A stretch of DNA of 64,000 bases from an uncultured Planctomycetota bacterium (GCA_963845755.1 CAWJTV010000003.1:128001-192000); one strand, 5' to 3'. Shown: positions 32,278-42,060, counted from the stretch's first letter. The notes: generated from the sequence alone by a model not told the origin. A program made the numbers and translations.

Positions 32278-32335
32278 CCTAACGCCAAGATCAGCGGCCC
32301 GCCGCAGGCGGGTCCGCTGCATCGCATGGTTAGCC
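32278..32335 (-). repeat. attC 2 (intron target)
   Basis: GGCTAAC..GATGCAGCGGAC..GCCGCTGATC TTGGC GTTAGG|intron. Confidence 0.92.
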
Positions 32336-32716
32336 CACGCCACCCGATGGCGTCGATGTTGGCCGGCCTGAATTAAAGCGGGGCCATTCGTCTTCCGGGA
32401 GCAGGCTGTCGCCATCCTGCATACGGAACACACCCGGCCTTGACGCCGTCGGATTCCAGCCTCGACGCAGCCCTTCGAGTATCGCCAGGCGCACTACACA
32501 CGGCAGTATGAGGCGGTGCCCGGCTGACGTAAAGGCCCCGCCGCCAACAGGCACCCAATCGTCGTGGTACTCGAAGCCGACCCAGAGCAATTGCCTCCGG
32601 GAACCTTCCGGCCTCGCGATGAGGGCGATGAAGCCATCGTCGGGCGATACGCGATAGCGGTAGACCACTCCATCGATGGTGATGCGGCGTCGGCTATCCT
32701 TACGGGAACGTCCCAT
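32330..32716 (-). CDS. Cassette 2: hypothetical protein (128 aa)
   Basis: RRITIDGVVYRYRV..ILPCVVRLAILEGLRRGWNP; stop lies in R''. Confidence 0.7.
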   Translation of the reverse strand: MGRSRKDSRRRITIDGVVYRYRVSPDDGFIALIARPEGSRRQLLWVGFEYHDDWVPVGGGAFTSAGHRLILPCVVRLAILEGLRRGWNPTASRPGVFRMQDGDSLLPEDEWPRFNSGRPTSTPSGGVG

Positions 32717-32735
32717 CGGTGCCCTCGCCCTCGCC

Positions 32736-32793
32736 GGCTAACGCCCAAGATCAGCGGCCCGCGGAGCGGGTCCGCTGCATCGCTTTGTTAGAC
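32736..32793 (-). repeat. attC 1
   Basis: GTCTAAC..GATGCAGCGGAC..GCCGCTGATC..GTTAGCC. Confidence 0.92.
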
Positions 32794-32797
32794 AAAG

Positions 32798-33064
32798 CTA
32801 TCCCCTGAACGCGTTGCGTACGGCGACGATCCCGTAGATCCAGCCCCCGGCGACGAACGGTAGTGCGATGCCTTCGACGAACCAAGGCCACGGCCGCTTG
32901 GAGATCTTCTGGATCGACCAGAGCAAGGCTCCTCCGAGAACGAAGAACAGGCACGCCACCCGCAACTTCGTGGCCCACTGAGGATCACCGCGGTTCGCGT
33001 AGCGCGAGGCCAGCCCGACCGACCACGCGACCACGAATAGAGAAGATCGGGTAGCCGACCGCAT
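32798..33064 (-). CDS. Cassette 1: small membrane protein (88 aa)
   Basis: GGAGG RBS; 2-3 hydrophobic segments. Confidence 0.65.
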   Translation of the reverse strand: MRSATRSSLFVVAWSVGLASRYANRGDPQWATKLRVACLFFVLGGALLWSIQKISKRPWPWFVEGIALPFVAGGWIYGIVAVRNAFRG

Positions 33065-33084
33065 AGCGTCGCCTCCGCACTGCC

Positions 33085-33105
33085 GCCTAACCATTGTTTC
33101 GAAGC
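33085..33105 (-). other. attI site
   Basis: Lone core GAAACAATG-GTTAGGC with no attC hairpin, between intI and the first cassette. Confidence 0.75.
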
Positions 33106-33162
33106 CCACAGGGGCGTCTTTTTTTCCGCCCTCACGGGCGTATAATCCCGATCGTGAGATTG

Positions 33163-33191
33163 ATTATGATCGAGAAAGACTGCATTTGCAA
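33163..33191 (-). promoter_or_regulatory. Candidate cassette promoter Pc
   Basis: TTGCAA-17 bp-CATAAT pointing into attI. A TATAAT on the + strand (33141-33146) may serve intI. Confidence 0.55.
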
Positions 33192-33202
33192 CAAGAACGT
33201 CT

Positions 33203-34195
33203 ATGGATTATCCCGACCAAACGCGATCAGGAAAGACGCCCAGGTTGCTCGATCGAGTCCGCGAAGCCATCCGGAGATTGCATTACAGCATTCGCACGGA
33301 GACGGCCTACGTCCAGTGGATCAAGCGGTTCATCCTCTTTCATGGCAAGCGGCATCCTCTCGAGATGGGCGAACGCGAGGTCGAAGCCTTCCTCAGCCAT
33401 TTGGCGGTCGAGGGAAACGTCGCGGCCTCGACGCAGAATCAGGCGATGAGTGCCTTGCTGTTCCTCTACAAGATCGTGCTGGATCGCCCTCTGCGCGGTC
33501 GCATCGACGCCTTGAGGGCCAAGCGGCCGGAACGGCTCCCCGTCGTCCTCACACGTACCGAGGTCCGCGCGATCCTGGCCCAGCTCGATGGCGACAAGCA
33601 TCTCATGGCGAGCTTGTTGTACGGCTCCGGGCTGAGGCTGATGGAGTGCCTCCGCCTCAGGATCAAGGACGTCGATTTCGGGCAAAATCACATCCTCGTC
33701 CGTGACGGCAAGGGGCAGAAAGACCGGGTGACCCTCCTTCCCCGCTCGCTGATCGAACCGTTGAAGAGCCGGATTGCGATCGTCCGCCGTCTGCATGAAC
33801 GCGACCTTAGTGAGGGATTCGGCCGGGTCTATCTCCCGCACGCTCTGGCGGAGAAATACCCAAACGCCGATCGTGAGCCCGGCTGGCAATACCTGTTCCC
33901 CGCACCACAGCGATCGCTCGATCCTCGAACCGACATCCCGCGGCGACACCATCTGGCCGAGACCGCCTTGCAGAAGGCCATCCGTGGCGCCGTCCGCCGT
34001 GCCGGGATCGTCAAGCCGGCCAGTTGCCACACGTTTCGCCATAGCTTCGCCACACACTTGCTCGAGGCCGGTCAGGACATTCGCACGGTCCAGGTGCTTC
34101 TCGGTCACAAAGATGTCGCCACGACGATGATCTACACCCATGTCCTGAACCAAGGTCCCCTCGGCGTCCGCAGCCCCATCGACTTCCTCAACTAG
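33203..34195 (+). CDS. intI: Integron integrase
   Basis: [37 protein letters not shown], integron-specific insert ([24 protein letters not shown]), [12 protein letters not shown] and LLGH..TTMIYTH. Confidence 0.97.
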   Translation: MDYPDQTRSGKTPRLLDRVREAIRRLHYSIRTETAYVQWIKRFILFHGKRHPLEMGEREVEAFLSHLAVEGNVAASTQNQAMSALLFLYKIVLDRPLRGRIDALRAKRPERLPVVLTRTEVRAILAQLDGDKHLMASLLYGSGLRLMECLRLRIKDVDFGQNHILVRDGKGQKDRVTLLPRSLIEPLKSRIAIVRRLHERDLSEGFGRVYLPHALAEKYPNADREPGWQYLFPAPQRSLDPRTDIPRRHHLAETALQKAIRGAVRRAGIVKPASCHTFRHSFATHLLEAGQDIRTVQVLLGHKDVATTMIYTHVLNQGPLGVRSPIDFLN

Positions 34196-34225
34196 GAAAC
34201 GGTCCGAGACGCGGATCCGGGGTTT

Positions 34226-34285
34226 GTCGGGTGGGTGAAACCCACCAGAATCGGAACACTTCCTGGTGGGTTTCACCCACCCTAC
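34226..34285. repeat. REP-like inverted pair (GTAG type)
   Basis: GTCGGGTGGGTGAAACCCACCAG..CTGGTGGGTTTCACCCACCCTAC; same family as the copy at 38017-38031/39693-39747. Confidence 0.75.
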
Positions 34286-34913
34286 AAGATTCTCGGATCG
34301 TTTCTAAGCCGGCCGCGCGGTGAGAACCCCAACCCCCCCTTCGTGAGAGATGGTTGACGACGGATTCACGTCGTCCCGTGCCGCCGGCCCACACGCTGTG
34401 CCCCCTCGGAGAAAAACCGGCGGCTGGTTGACAGGAGGTTGGGCGATTATCATCTTGATCAATAAGACATATCAAATCTGGGCTTCAGGCCCAGGGAGAC
34501 ATCTCCGCGCAATCGTGTGGGTCGCCGTGGTCACCTCGGTGTTGTCGGCCTCGCTCCTGGCCGCCCGGGCGATGCAGGCCAAGCGGGATTACCGATTCGT
34601 GAACGTCGGCGGCTCGTCGAACCAGTGCCAGTGCACTCATCGGATCGAACGGTAAGGATGGCGATCAACGAAGAACCCCCATCGCCCTGCGGGTGAGCCG
34701 GGCGATGGGGGAACAAATGCCGTATCAAACAGACCTGGAATTGCCCGCTGCGACTCTTTGTCTTGCGGAACGGTAAGTCGAAGGTCTGACCCCGGCCTCA
34801 CCGCCAGGATGCCGAATTCAACGACGACCCTCAGCCCCGGCCGGCCGCGGTGGTCCTGGCCGCATCCCGATGCGCACGGCCGGATCTGACCCGGGCAATC
34901 ATCGGCATCACAG

Positions 34914-35393
34914 CTACATGCCCATGCTCATGCCCTTGAGTCCCGGCTTCGTCAGCTCGGCCGGAGTTGCGGTGCTGGACAGGTAATTGCTATCGCCGTT
35001 GTAGATGATCGTGAGCGGCATTTTCAGCACCATCTTGGGCTTGACGGTCAACATCGCCTCGCCGTTGGTGAGGGTCACGGTCCCGAGATTCCTTGTGGTT
35101 CCGGGCTTCATCTTGGCCATCGTCATCTTGCCCATCTTCATCTTGCCCGGCATCACCATCTCGAATGTCACCGTGCCGGTTGGTACGGCGCTGCCGGTGA
35201 GCGGTTTGACCGTCGCCATCATCTCGACCGACGTCAATTCATGCTTCTTGTTGTAGACCCCTTGATCCGTCACGATCACCTGAGAGGCGAACCTCGCGAC
35301 CGACATGGCGGTCGCTCCCGAGAGCAGGACGCGCCCCTCGAGGGGGTTGAGGACGGGCGAGAGGGATCGTGGGCGATGGATGCTTCGCGTGAT
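34914..35393 (-). CDS. Small exported Ig-like protein with LEPR-XLL-like leader and Met/Lys-rich loop (start uncertain)
   Basis: The frame upstream of ORF 34914-35306 reads ..SPVLNPLEGRVLLS; body has ATVKP..VPTGTVTF..LTNGEA.L..YNGDSNY. Confidence 0.55.
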   Translation of the reverse strand: MTRSIHRPRSLSPVLNPLEGRVLLSGATAMSVARFASQVIVTDQGVYNKKHELTSVEMMATVKPLTGSAVPTGTVTFEMVMPGKMKMGKMTMAKMKPGTTRNLGTVTLTNGEAMLTVKPKMVLKMPLTIIYNGDSNYLSSTATPAELTKPGLKGMSMGM

Positions 35394-35689
35394 CGAGAAA
35401 TCTCCACGAGGATCAACTGAAATCGCACTGTGTCATTGCGACTCCCAATTCAAACCGCTTGAACCGAGATTCTTGAGAGCATTTCGAAATGGGACATGCC
35501 ACGTCTGTTCGACGCAACGGGCGACTCAGAGTCGGACGTCTGATAGCGACTCGCGCGTCTGACCCTGCCTCGCCCGTTTTTCTTTCGACCTCTCCGGGCA
35601 CTCAAAGGCGACGGCTCGTTGCACTTGCGCTGGGCTTTGACTCGTTTCTGCACGGTCGTCAGGTCCGAGCCCTGGTGCCTTGGTATCCT

Positions 35690-36451
35690 TTATCCACACG
35701 ACCGGCCGGCGTGTTGCGCGAGAATCCCATTTTCCTGACGATTTCCCGGCCAACCTCCCTCGCCGTGGGAGAGACGAAGGGACGCCGACGTTTCGAACAG
35801 GTCGCGAAACTTCTGCTTCATGCGATGGAGTCGGAATCGCACCTGCTCGGGTGTCAGGCCCAGGGCGTCTGCGACCTCGGCACTGGTTCGGCCGTCGAAC
35901 AAGCGCTGAGTGAGCACCTGGAAATTGATCTCCGAGACCTGCGCGGAGAGTTCGCCGAGCACACGCTTCACCTGGGCCTGCCTCGCGAGACGCTCGCAGG
36001 CGGCGACCGGCCCGGGGCCGGGGTCCTCGAGAGCCGCCCCGTCCTCGATCAAGCCCGTGGAGAGGCGTCGGTGGCGCCGGAGCATGTTCAACGCCCGGTA
36101 CCGAGCCACGGTGATCAGCCAGGTCGAGAGGCGGCCGCGCCTCGGATCGTAGGGGAGATCCGCAAGGTGGGCGACGACCTCGCTCCAGACCTCCTGGAGG
36201 CAATCCTCGCGGTCGGCCTCCGGCAGACCCTATCGGCTGAGAAACCCCCGGATCCGAGGTGTGTAGAAGTCGTAGAAGTGATCCCATGCCTCGGCGAGCG
36301 TGGGAGGAGGATCGACGTTCCGGGAACGACACCCCAGATAGGCCTGGAGCTTGTTGCACAAAGCGACGTCCCCATCCGGAGGAGATGCCGGATGCGCCCC
36401 CAAACGACCCGGTTCACAGGTCGTGTCAGCGGATCCTTCACGCTGTGTCAT
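35690..36451 (-). pseudogene. ECF sigma factor with an in-frame TAG at 36230-36232
   Basis: AWDHFYDFYTPRIRGFLSR*GLPEADREDCLQEVW..RGRLSTWL..SAEVADALGLTPEQVR. Confidence 0.7.
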
Positions 36452-36760
36452 TGGGGTCTGCCTCCGTTGCAGGAGCTTGTGGGGATGCGTCCCAGAGGAT
36501 GACCGTGCCGTCGTGACTGGACGAGACGAGGCGTCGTCCGCCCAGCGCGGCAAAGAAGATCGCTTCGACCTGCGGCGGGCTGATCATGGCATCGCTCCCC
36601 TTCCCACTGGCTCTGTGAACAATGCGACGAATCCACGGCGAACCCCGCAATCGCTCCGTTACCTGACGAGCGCGGGCCGTCCACCGCATCGAATGTGGTC
36701 GGCGAAGTCCTCCGCCAGTTGATCGAGCCGGTCGTCTTGTCCCGAATCCGAGATCGACAT
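36438..36760 (-). pseudogene. Remnants of a Ser/Thr kinase-WD40 gene
   Basis: MSISDSGQDDRLDQLAEDFADHIR..* (36659-36760) parallels the kinase start at 47276, followed by a lone WD40 end (LVSSSHDGTVILWD). Confidence 0.6.
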
Positions 36761-36763
36761 CGT

Positions 36764-37414
36764 TCACGGTCCTTCCAGGCCACCCGGCATCGCGGCCAGG
36801 ATCGCCTTGAGCTTCTGGAGTGCCCGGATATAACGCTTGGCTCCGGCCTCCTCGGTGATGCCCAGCACGACTGCGGTCTCGGCTCGGGTGAGCTGCTCGA
36901 AGTGCCGCAGCGCCACGATCTCCCGATCGAGCGGTTCGAGCGAGTTGACCGCCTCCTGAATCTGGAGGATCTGCTCGGCCCGGATGACCGCATTGGAGGG
37001 AGTTGTCAGACGTCCCAGCAGCATCGCGGCCAGGGCCGCCGAGCTAACCTGGGGCAAAGGGTCGCGATAAAGCGAGACCTCCTGAGAGACGTCCCGCATC
37101 CGCGTCCCGAGGTGATGGCGGTGGATCGTCGCCAGCCGATCGCTGACGACCACGCGTAGCCAGAGAAACACCGGCAAGCTGGGATCGCTCAGATAGCTGT
37201 CCACCCGCTTCGCCAGGTCGAGGAAGCCGTCCTGAAGCACGTCGGAGGCATCAATCCGACCATGCAGTCGCGCGTCGATACGGAGCTCGACCATCCTGCG
37301 TAGGCGGTCGCGGTGCTGCTGGAACAGGTCGGCGAGCGCGCCGCGATCCCCGGCCCGAAGCCGATCGAGCAGGTGGACGGTTTCACTGGGTGGGTCGTTC
37401 CTGATCTTGCCCAT
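36764..37414 (-). CDS. Planctomycete ECF sigma factor (STK-associated type)
   Basis: LLDRLRAGDRGALADLFQQHRDRLRRMV..RIDASDVLQ..LRHFEQL..E.A.VLGI..RYIRAL. Confidence 0.9.
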   Translation of the reverse strand: MGKIRNDPPSETVHLLDRLRAGDRGALADLFQQHRDRLRRMVELRIDARLHGRIDASDVLQDGFLDLAKRVDSYLSDPSLPVFLWLRVVVSDRLATIHRHHLGTRMRDVSQEVSLYRDPLPQVSSAALAAMLLGRLTTPSNAVIRAEQILQIQEAVNSLEPLDREIVALRHFEQLTRAETAVVLGITEEAGAKRYIRALQKLKAILAAMPGGLEGP

Positions 37415-38031
37415 ACCTTAGGTCTGTGCGCCGCCGCAGGTTCGGGACAAGAAATATGGGATTCTCCCAGAATTATGATTTCAAAGTCGGGGGAAAACGA
37501 ACCCGAATCGTCCTTCGACGAACCGAACGAGGCGACCAACCGTCCGTCCGAAATCCCGATCATGGATCGGGTTACGCTTGACCGTCGCATACGAGCGAGT
37601 CGCGGTCGGCTTGACGGTCGAGGACATGGAGAGGCTTCGGCCGCGGACATCGCCGCGACTCACCACGAATCAAGGTTGACGCGCCGGCTCGCAGACCGCG
37701 CTTGCCGCGAGCCAGATGGCACGAGGTCAGAAGGCCATCGCCTTGGCTGGAGGGAGCTGACTGCGAGACGCCTCGGGTTGAAGACCCATGCGGCCGGTGG
37801 GACCCGAACCATGATTCATGATCCGGATTCGGGCTCCACGCGGCCTCGGCGCTGGCGATGCGCCGAGAGACCACTCGGGAAGAACCCAAGCGAGCCCACG
37901 GCGAGGAGTGACTGGGTAAGGAGAGCCACGATTTCTTCGCGAGACACGATCTTGATCCTGTGTCCAAGAACCGCATGATCCGGTAAAAAACTGTCCGAGA
38001 ACGGGGTCCGGCCTTTGTAGGGTGGGTGAAA

Positions 38032-39692
38032 GATCCACTACCCCTTCCAACATGCTGAGTTAATTATTATAACCTCTTTGGCTGGGATGGTTTTCGTTCC
38101 CGATCACGGAGGGCTACCTATGTCTCCCAGGCTGATTGATCTCGATGGGCCGACGAAGCGCTGCGGACGGACCTCCCAGCCGGTGGTGCCACCCCCGCGC
38201 CCCGCCGCCCGGCTGGATCTCCTCGACCCTGCCCCTCCACTCATCGCGGACCTCCCGGCCATCCTCAATCCCTGCATTCAGGAGTCCCCGGCCACCGTGA
38301 TGACCCGTATCACCCTGGATTGGCTCCTCCAGGGCACCCCCTTCGACCTCCTCTTCGAGCAGTCCGCCGAGGGCGAATACTGCCGCGAGTTTACCCTCGA
38401 GCACCTCGTGTTGGTCATGCTCGACGTCGTCTGTGGGTTCAACCCCTCCACCCGCTCGGCGTTCCTGGGGCGCCAGCTCCCACTGATCGCCTCGCTCTCG
38501 GCCTTCTACGGCAAGCTCAATCGCCTGAGCCCGGCCATCACCGCCGCGGTCGTCCGCCACACGGCGATCCGCTGCCGCGCCCTGATCGAAGGCGGCGGGG
38601 GCCTGCTGCCGGAGCCGATCCCCGGCTACTGCGCCCGCATCCTCGACGGCAACGTCCTGGCCGGGACCGACCATCGCCTGACCCCGACGCGGACCACCTG
38701 GTCGGCCTGTCTGCCCGGCAAGTCGCTGGCGATCTACGAGCCGGCCAGCGGCTTGATCACCGATCTGATCCTGGAGGAGAACGCCCACACCCAGGAGCGC
38801 AACCTGCTCAAGGAAGTCCCCGTCTCGGCCGGCGAGCTGTGGATCCTCGACCGCAACTTGTGCGTCCGCACCTTCTTGTTCCGCATCGCGCGAGCCGGCG
38901 GGTCCTTCCTGGCACGGCGGCACCAAACGACGTTGCCCTACGAACCAGCCGGGCCGCGGCAGTCGCGGGGGCGCTGCCCGACCGGCAAGGTCCACGAGCA
39001 GCCGATCCTCGTGGACGATCCCGAGACGCCCGGGGCGGCGCATCGCCTGCGGCTGATCATCCTGGAATTGGACGAGCCGACGCGGGAGGGGGAGACGGAG
39101 ATCATCCTGGTGACCAACCTGCCCGAGGATGTCTCGGCGATCGACTGCTGCGCCGCGTACCGGGGCCGCTGGGGGATCGAGGGCCATTTCCAGGTGCTGA
39201 CCGACCTGCTGAATTGCGAGATCCCCACGCTGGGCTACCCGCGCGCGGCACTGTTCGGCTTCGGGATGTCGGCCGTGGCCGGCAACGCCCTGGCGGTGCT
39301 CAAGGGCGGCCTGCGGGCGGAGCACGGCCGGGAGATGGCCGCAGAAGTGTCGAATCATGCCGTGGTCACCGAGGTGGCGCGGATCTACCCGGGGATGATG
39401 ACGGCGGTCCCGCCGCGACTGTGGCCGGAGCTGAGCGATCGCCCGGTGCAGGAGGTGGCGGATTTGCTCAACGAGTTGGCGGCTCGGATGTCGGTGGAGT
39501 GGATGCTCCGGGTACGACGCGGGCCGAAGAAGAAGAAACCGCATCGGAGCAAGGGGGACCGAAACCATCATTTGGCCACCAAGAAGCTACTGGACGAGGC
39601 CAAGGGGATGTGCCCGCCCAGAGCGGGGTGAGGCGCAACCCACATGGCATCAAGAGTTTGATTATAACGAGTTTGCATGTTGGAAGGGGTAG
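38032..39692 (+). mobile_element. IS4-family element inserted in a REP
   Basis: 18-bp IR CTACCCCTTCCAACATGC (38038-38055 / 39675-39692); 10-bp direct repeat GTGGGTGAAA (38022-38031 / 39693-39702). Confidence 0.82.
38120..39631 (+). CDS. IS4-family transposase
   Basis: RILDGN, WILDRN and the YREK-like signature YRGRWGIEGHFQ. Confidence 0.88.
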   Translation: MSPRLIDLDGPTKRCGRTSQPVVPPPRPAARLDLLDPAPPLIADLPAILNPCIQESPATVMTRITLDWLLQGTPFDLLFEQSAEGEYCREFTLEHLVLVMLDVVCGFNPSTRSAFLGRQLPLIASLSAFYGKLNRLSPAITAAVVRHTAIRCRALIEGGGGLLPEPIPGYCARILDGNVLAGTDHRLTPTRTTWSACLPGKSLAIYEPASGLITDLILEENAHTQERNLLKEVPVSAGELWILDRNLCVRTFLFRIARAGGSFLARRHQTTLPYEPAGPRQSRGRCPTGKVHEQPILVDDPETPGAAHRLRLIILELDEPTREGETEIILVTNLPEDVSAIDCCAAYRGRWGIEGHFQVLTDLLNCEIPTLGYPRAALFGFGMSAVAGNALAVLKGGLRAEHGREMAAEVSNHAVVTEVARIYPGMMTAVPPRLWPELSDRPVQEVADLLNELAARMSVEWMLRVRRGPKKKKPHRSKGDRNHHLATKKLLDEAKGMCPPRAG

Positions 39693-39873
39693 GTGGGTGA
39701 AACCCACCAAAAAGATGCTCGATCCTGGTGGGTTTCACCCACCCTACTCAGTTCTCGGATAGTCGTTAAGGGGATCTCGGGATTTCCGGCATCGCGGGGA
39801 CATTCGGAGCCAGCTCGGGGACAATCGCCCTTCGACGCCGGATCGGTCGCGCGAGCACCGAGCGAAAACCTCG

Positions 39874-40665
39874 TTACCCCAACGTGATCTTGTGGAACAA
39901 GTCGTCGGGAAGGTTCTTGCAGAGGATCTCGTCGATCTTCGAGGCGCGCGGCATGTAGATGAACGGCCGATACGGGAAAATCCGATCGTTGATCCACGGC
40001 GTCTTCCAGTCCGTGCAGGTCTTGACGAACTTCTCGGCGAAGCCGGCGTCCCTGGCCAGCGGATACATCGCCTCGACCTCCAGGCAGCCGTCCATGCAAA
40101 GGTCCACATACGACTGTACGATGGGATGCTCGGCGTTGACCATCTTCTTCGATTTGCTGGCGTAGAAGTAGTACTCCCCCGGCGGTGGTGCCGGGCTACC
40201 ATCCAGCATCGTGATGGCGGAACGGGGAAAAAGGGTTCGCGTGTAGTCGGACTCGCGCGCGTCGGTGGCGAGGAGCTCCTCGTCCGAGACGGGATAGATC
40301 ACGCCATTAGTCGTGGCGTTCTCGTTGACCACCGCACCGAGGTAGGTCGGGTTCAAGCTGAAGCTGGCGGCCTGGTAATACCAGCCGCGCGAGATGCCCT
40401 TGACGATCGCGGGCGACGCGGCGAAGGCCTTCGGCACGGTCCGCATGCGGCTCTCGATCTGGATGAGTGAGCCGTAGCCGAAGATGTACTTCTGGGTCGG
40501 GGGCGACTTGGGCGGTTCCTGCGCGGCCGCAGGAGCAACCACGGCGGTTACGGCGACGCTGGTCGTGCCCATGAGGGCCAATGCCGATCGACGGGTCAGC
40601 TTGCCGGGTGCGTCAGACACGATCAATGCTCCTTGCGGTCTCGGGTTGGGGAATGAGGATAGCAC
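39874..40665 (-). CDS. Gamma-glutamylcyclotransferase-family protein with Tat-like signal (start may be later)
   Basis: LTRRSALALMG; YIFGYGSLI, NGVIY, DARE..Y and PIVQSYVD. Confidence 0.75.
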   Translation of the reverse strand: MLSSFPNPRPQGALIVSDAPGKLTRRSALALMGTTSVAVTAVVAPAAAQEPPKSPPTQKYIFGYGSLIQIESRMRTVPKAFAASPAIVKGISRGWYYQAASFSLNPTYLGAVVNENATTNGVIYPVSDEELLATDARESDYTRTLFPRSAITMLDGSPAPPPGEYYFYASKSKKMVNAEHPIVQSYVDLCMDGCLEVEAMYPLARDAGFAEKFVKTCTDWKTPWINDRIFPYRPFIYMPRASKIDEILCKNLPDDLFHKITLG

Positions 40666-40674
40666 GACAGCGGG

Positions 40675-41246
40675 TTACGACTTTTCGTTGCGCCATCGCT
40701 GGATCGACTCGGCGTCGAGGCGCGCATCATGATCGTATTGTTCGTTCATGATCTTCTGTTTGTCCGGCGGGGCAAGATCGAAGAAACGGCGGATTGTCAA
40801 AGGTGGATCGGTTCGTTCCAGTTGACCATCGACGACGGCAGCCAGGTAGACGGTGCGATCGCCGGAGTCCATGCGCGATTCGACTCGGCAGTCGAACCAG
40901 GCCAGCGCCTCGGGCAGCAGCGGGCTTCCGGTCGCCCCGGTACGACACACCAGACCGGCAAACTTGTTGAACGTCGCGGCCGGACTGGAGTCCAAACCGC
41001 CACACCAGATCGAGCTGTGTCTCGCCGATCAGGTGCATGGCAAAGGCACCGCTGTCTTCGATCAACGCGTGGGTGTTGTGCCGTTTGTCGATCGTGATGA
41101 GCTGTCGGGGCATTTCACTCACGATCGATGCCTGAGCCACCGTCGTGGCGATCAGTCCGCCACGCCGGTCGCCGGCTGCCGCGGTCACCAGCCACAACGG
41201 CGGGTTCAGTTGAGCATAGACTTTCCCAATTCTGCGCGATGTCCAT
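40675..41246 (-). CDS. Flavin reductase-family protein (frameshifted)
   Basis: LWLVTAA..RGGLIAT..FGLQSGRD; TGSPLL.EALAWFDCRV..GDRTVYLA.V. Confidence 0.8.
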
Positions 41247-41683
41247 TATCGGCTCCAATCTCGCACGACTTTCAACGCTTCCGCCGCCAGGATGCCGCCC
41301 GTTAGCTCGACGTTGATGAATGCGGTTCGAATGAGGGCTTCCGAGGACGTGTGGATTTGCGGCTGGCCGACGTCGGTTAATTGTTGAATCGAGGCGCCGA
41401 AGACCACTCGAGAAACTCCGGCCCAGATGATCGCACCCGTGCACATCGGACAGGACTCGCTGGATGTGTAGAGCGTATACCCTTTCAATGACAAATCGGG
41501 AATCGCCTTGATCGCCGCTCGGATCACGTTGACTTCGGCATGCGCCGTCGGATCCCGATCGCGAGTTGTGGTATTGAATCCCCTGACGACGATCGCGCCA
41601 TCCTTGACGATGACCGCGCCGTAAGGCCAGTCACCCTTCTTCGATTCCTCGATGGCGATCTGCATAAACTCCGAGTCATTCAT
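41246..41683 (-). CDS. Zn-dependent nucleoside/nucleobase deaminase
   Basis: PYGAVIV, DPTAHAEV and ESCPMC. Confidence 0.88.
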   Translation of the reverse strand: MNDSEFMQIAIEESKKGDWPYGAVIVKDGAIVVRGFNTTTRDRDPTAHAEVNVIRAAIKAIPDLSLKGYTLYTSSESCPMCTGAIIWAGVSRVVFGASIQQLTDVGQPQIHTSSEALIRTAFINVELTGGILAAEALKVVRDWSR

Positions 41684-42060
41684 GCGATTCCTCGGTTCCC
41701 AGGTTGTCGGGCATTCGGTTCATCCAGGAGGGCGAACAGGGGCCATCACTCATCGTTGGGTCACGACCGTCGCTCTCCTCCATGGCTCAAGGTCTCGGTG
41801 CGAGATCATGTGGATCATTCTTTCGCCGTCAAGCATGGGGATGACATCCTGGGTCAAACCTCCCATCTTCTGGAAGTCGGGGTTATATTCCGAATCGCTC
41901 TGTGAACAATGCGACGAATCCACTACGAACCACTCAATCGCTCCGTCTCTTGACGACCCCGGGCCGTTCGCCGCACCGAATGCGGTCGGCGGAACGTCTT
42001 GAGTGCGCGAATGTAACACATTACTTCGGGACAGCAAACGAGGCCAGGCCTTGAGGCGGT

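Larger units (their letters stand above)
24721..34195. mobile_element. Complete integron: intI, attI and 8 gene cassettes
   Basis: Integron integrase divergent from 8 minus-strand single-gene cassettes, each followed by a 57-61 bp attC. Confidence 0.95.

Noticed and set aside
24721..32793. CRISPR array suggested by recurring ~58-bp palindromic repeats
   Set aside because: The spacers are gene-sized, the repeats have RYYYAAC/GTTRRRY boxes, intI is adjacent and no cas genes are present. These are attC sites.
33110..33202. LexA box controlling intI
   Set aside because: I could not find a convincing CTGT-N8-ACAG, GAAC-N4-GTTC or TGTTC-N4-GAACA match.
36230..36232. Recoded TAG (pyrrolysine or readthrough) in the ECF gene
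   Set aside because: No supporting machinery or signal is visible. A point mutation or sequencing error in a decaying region is simpler.
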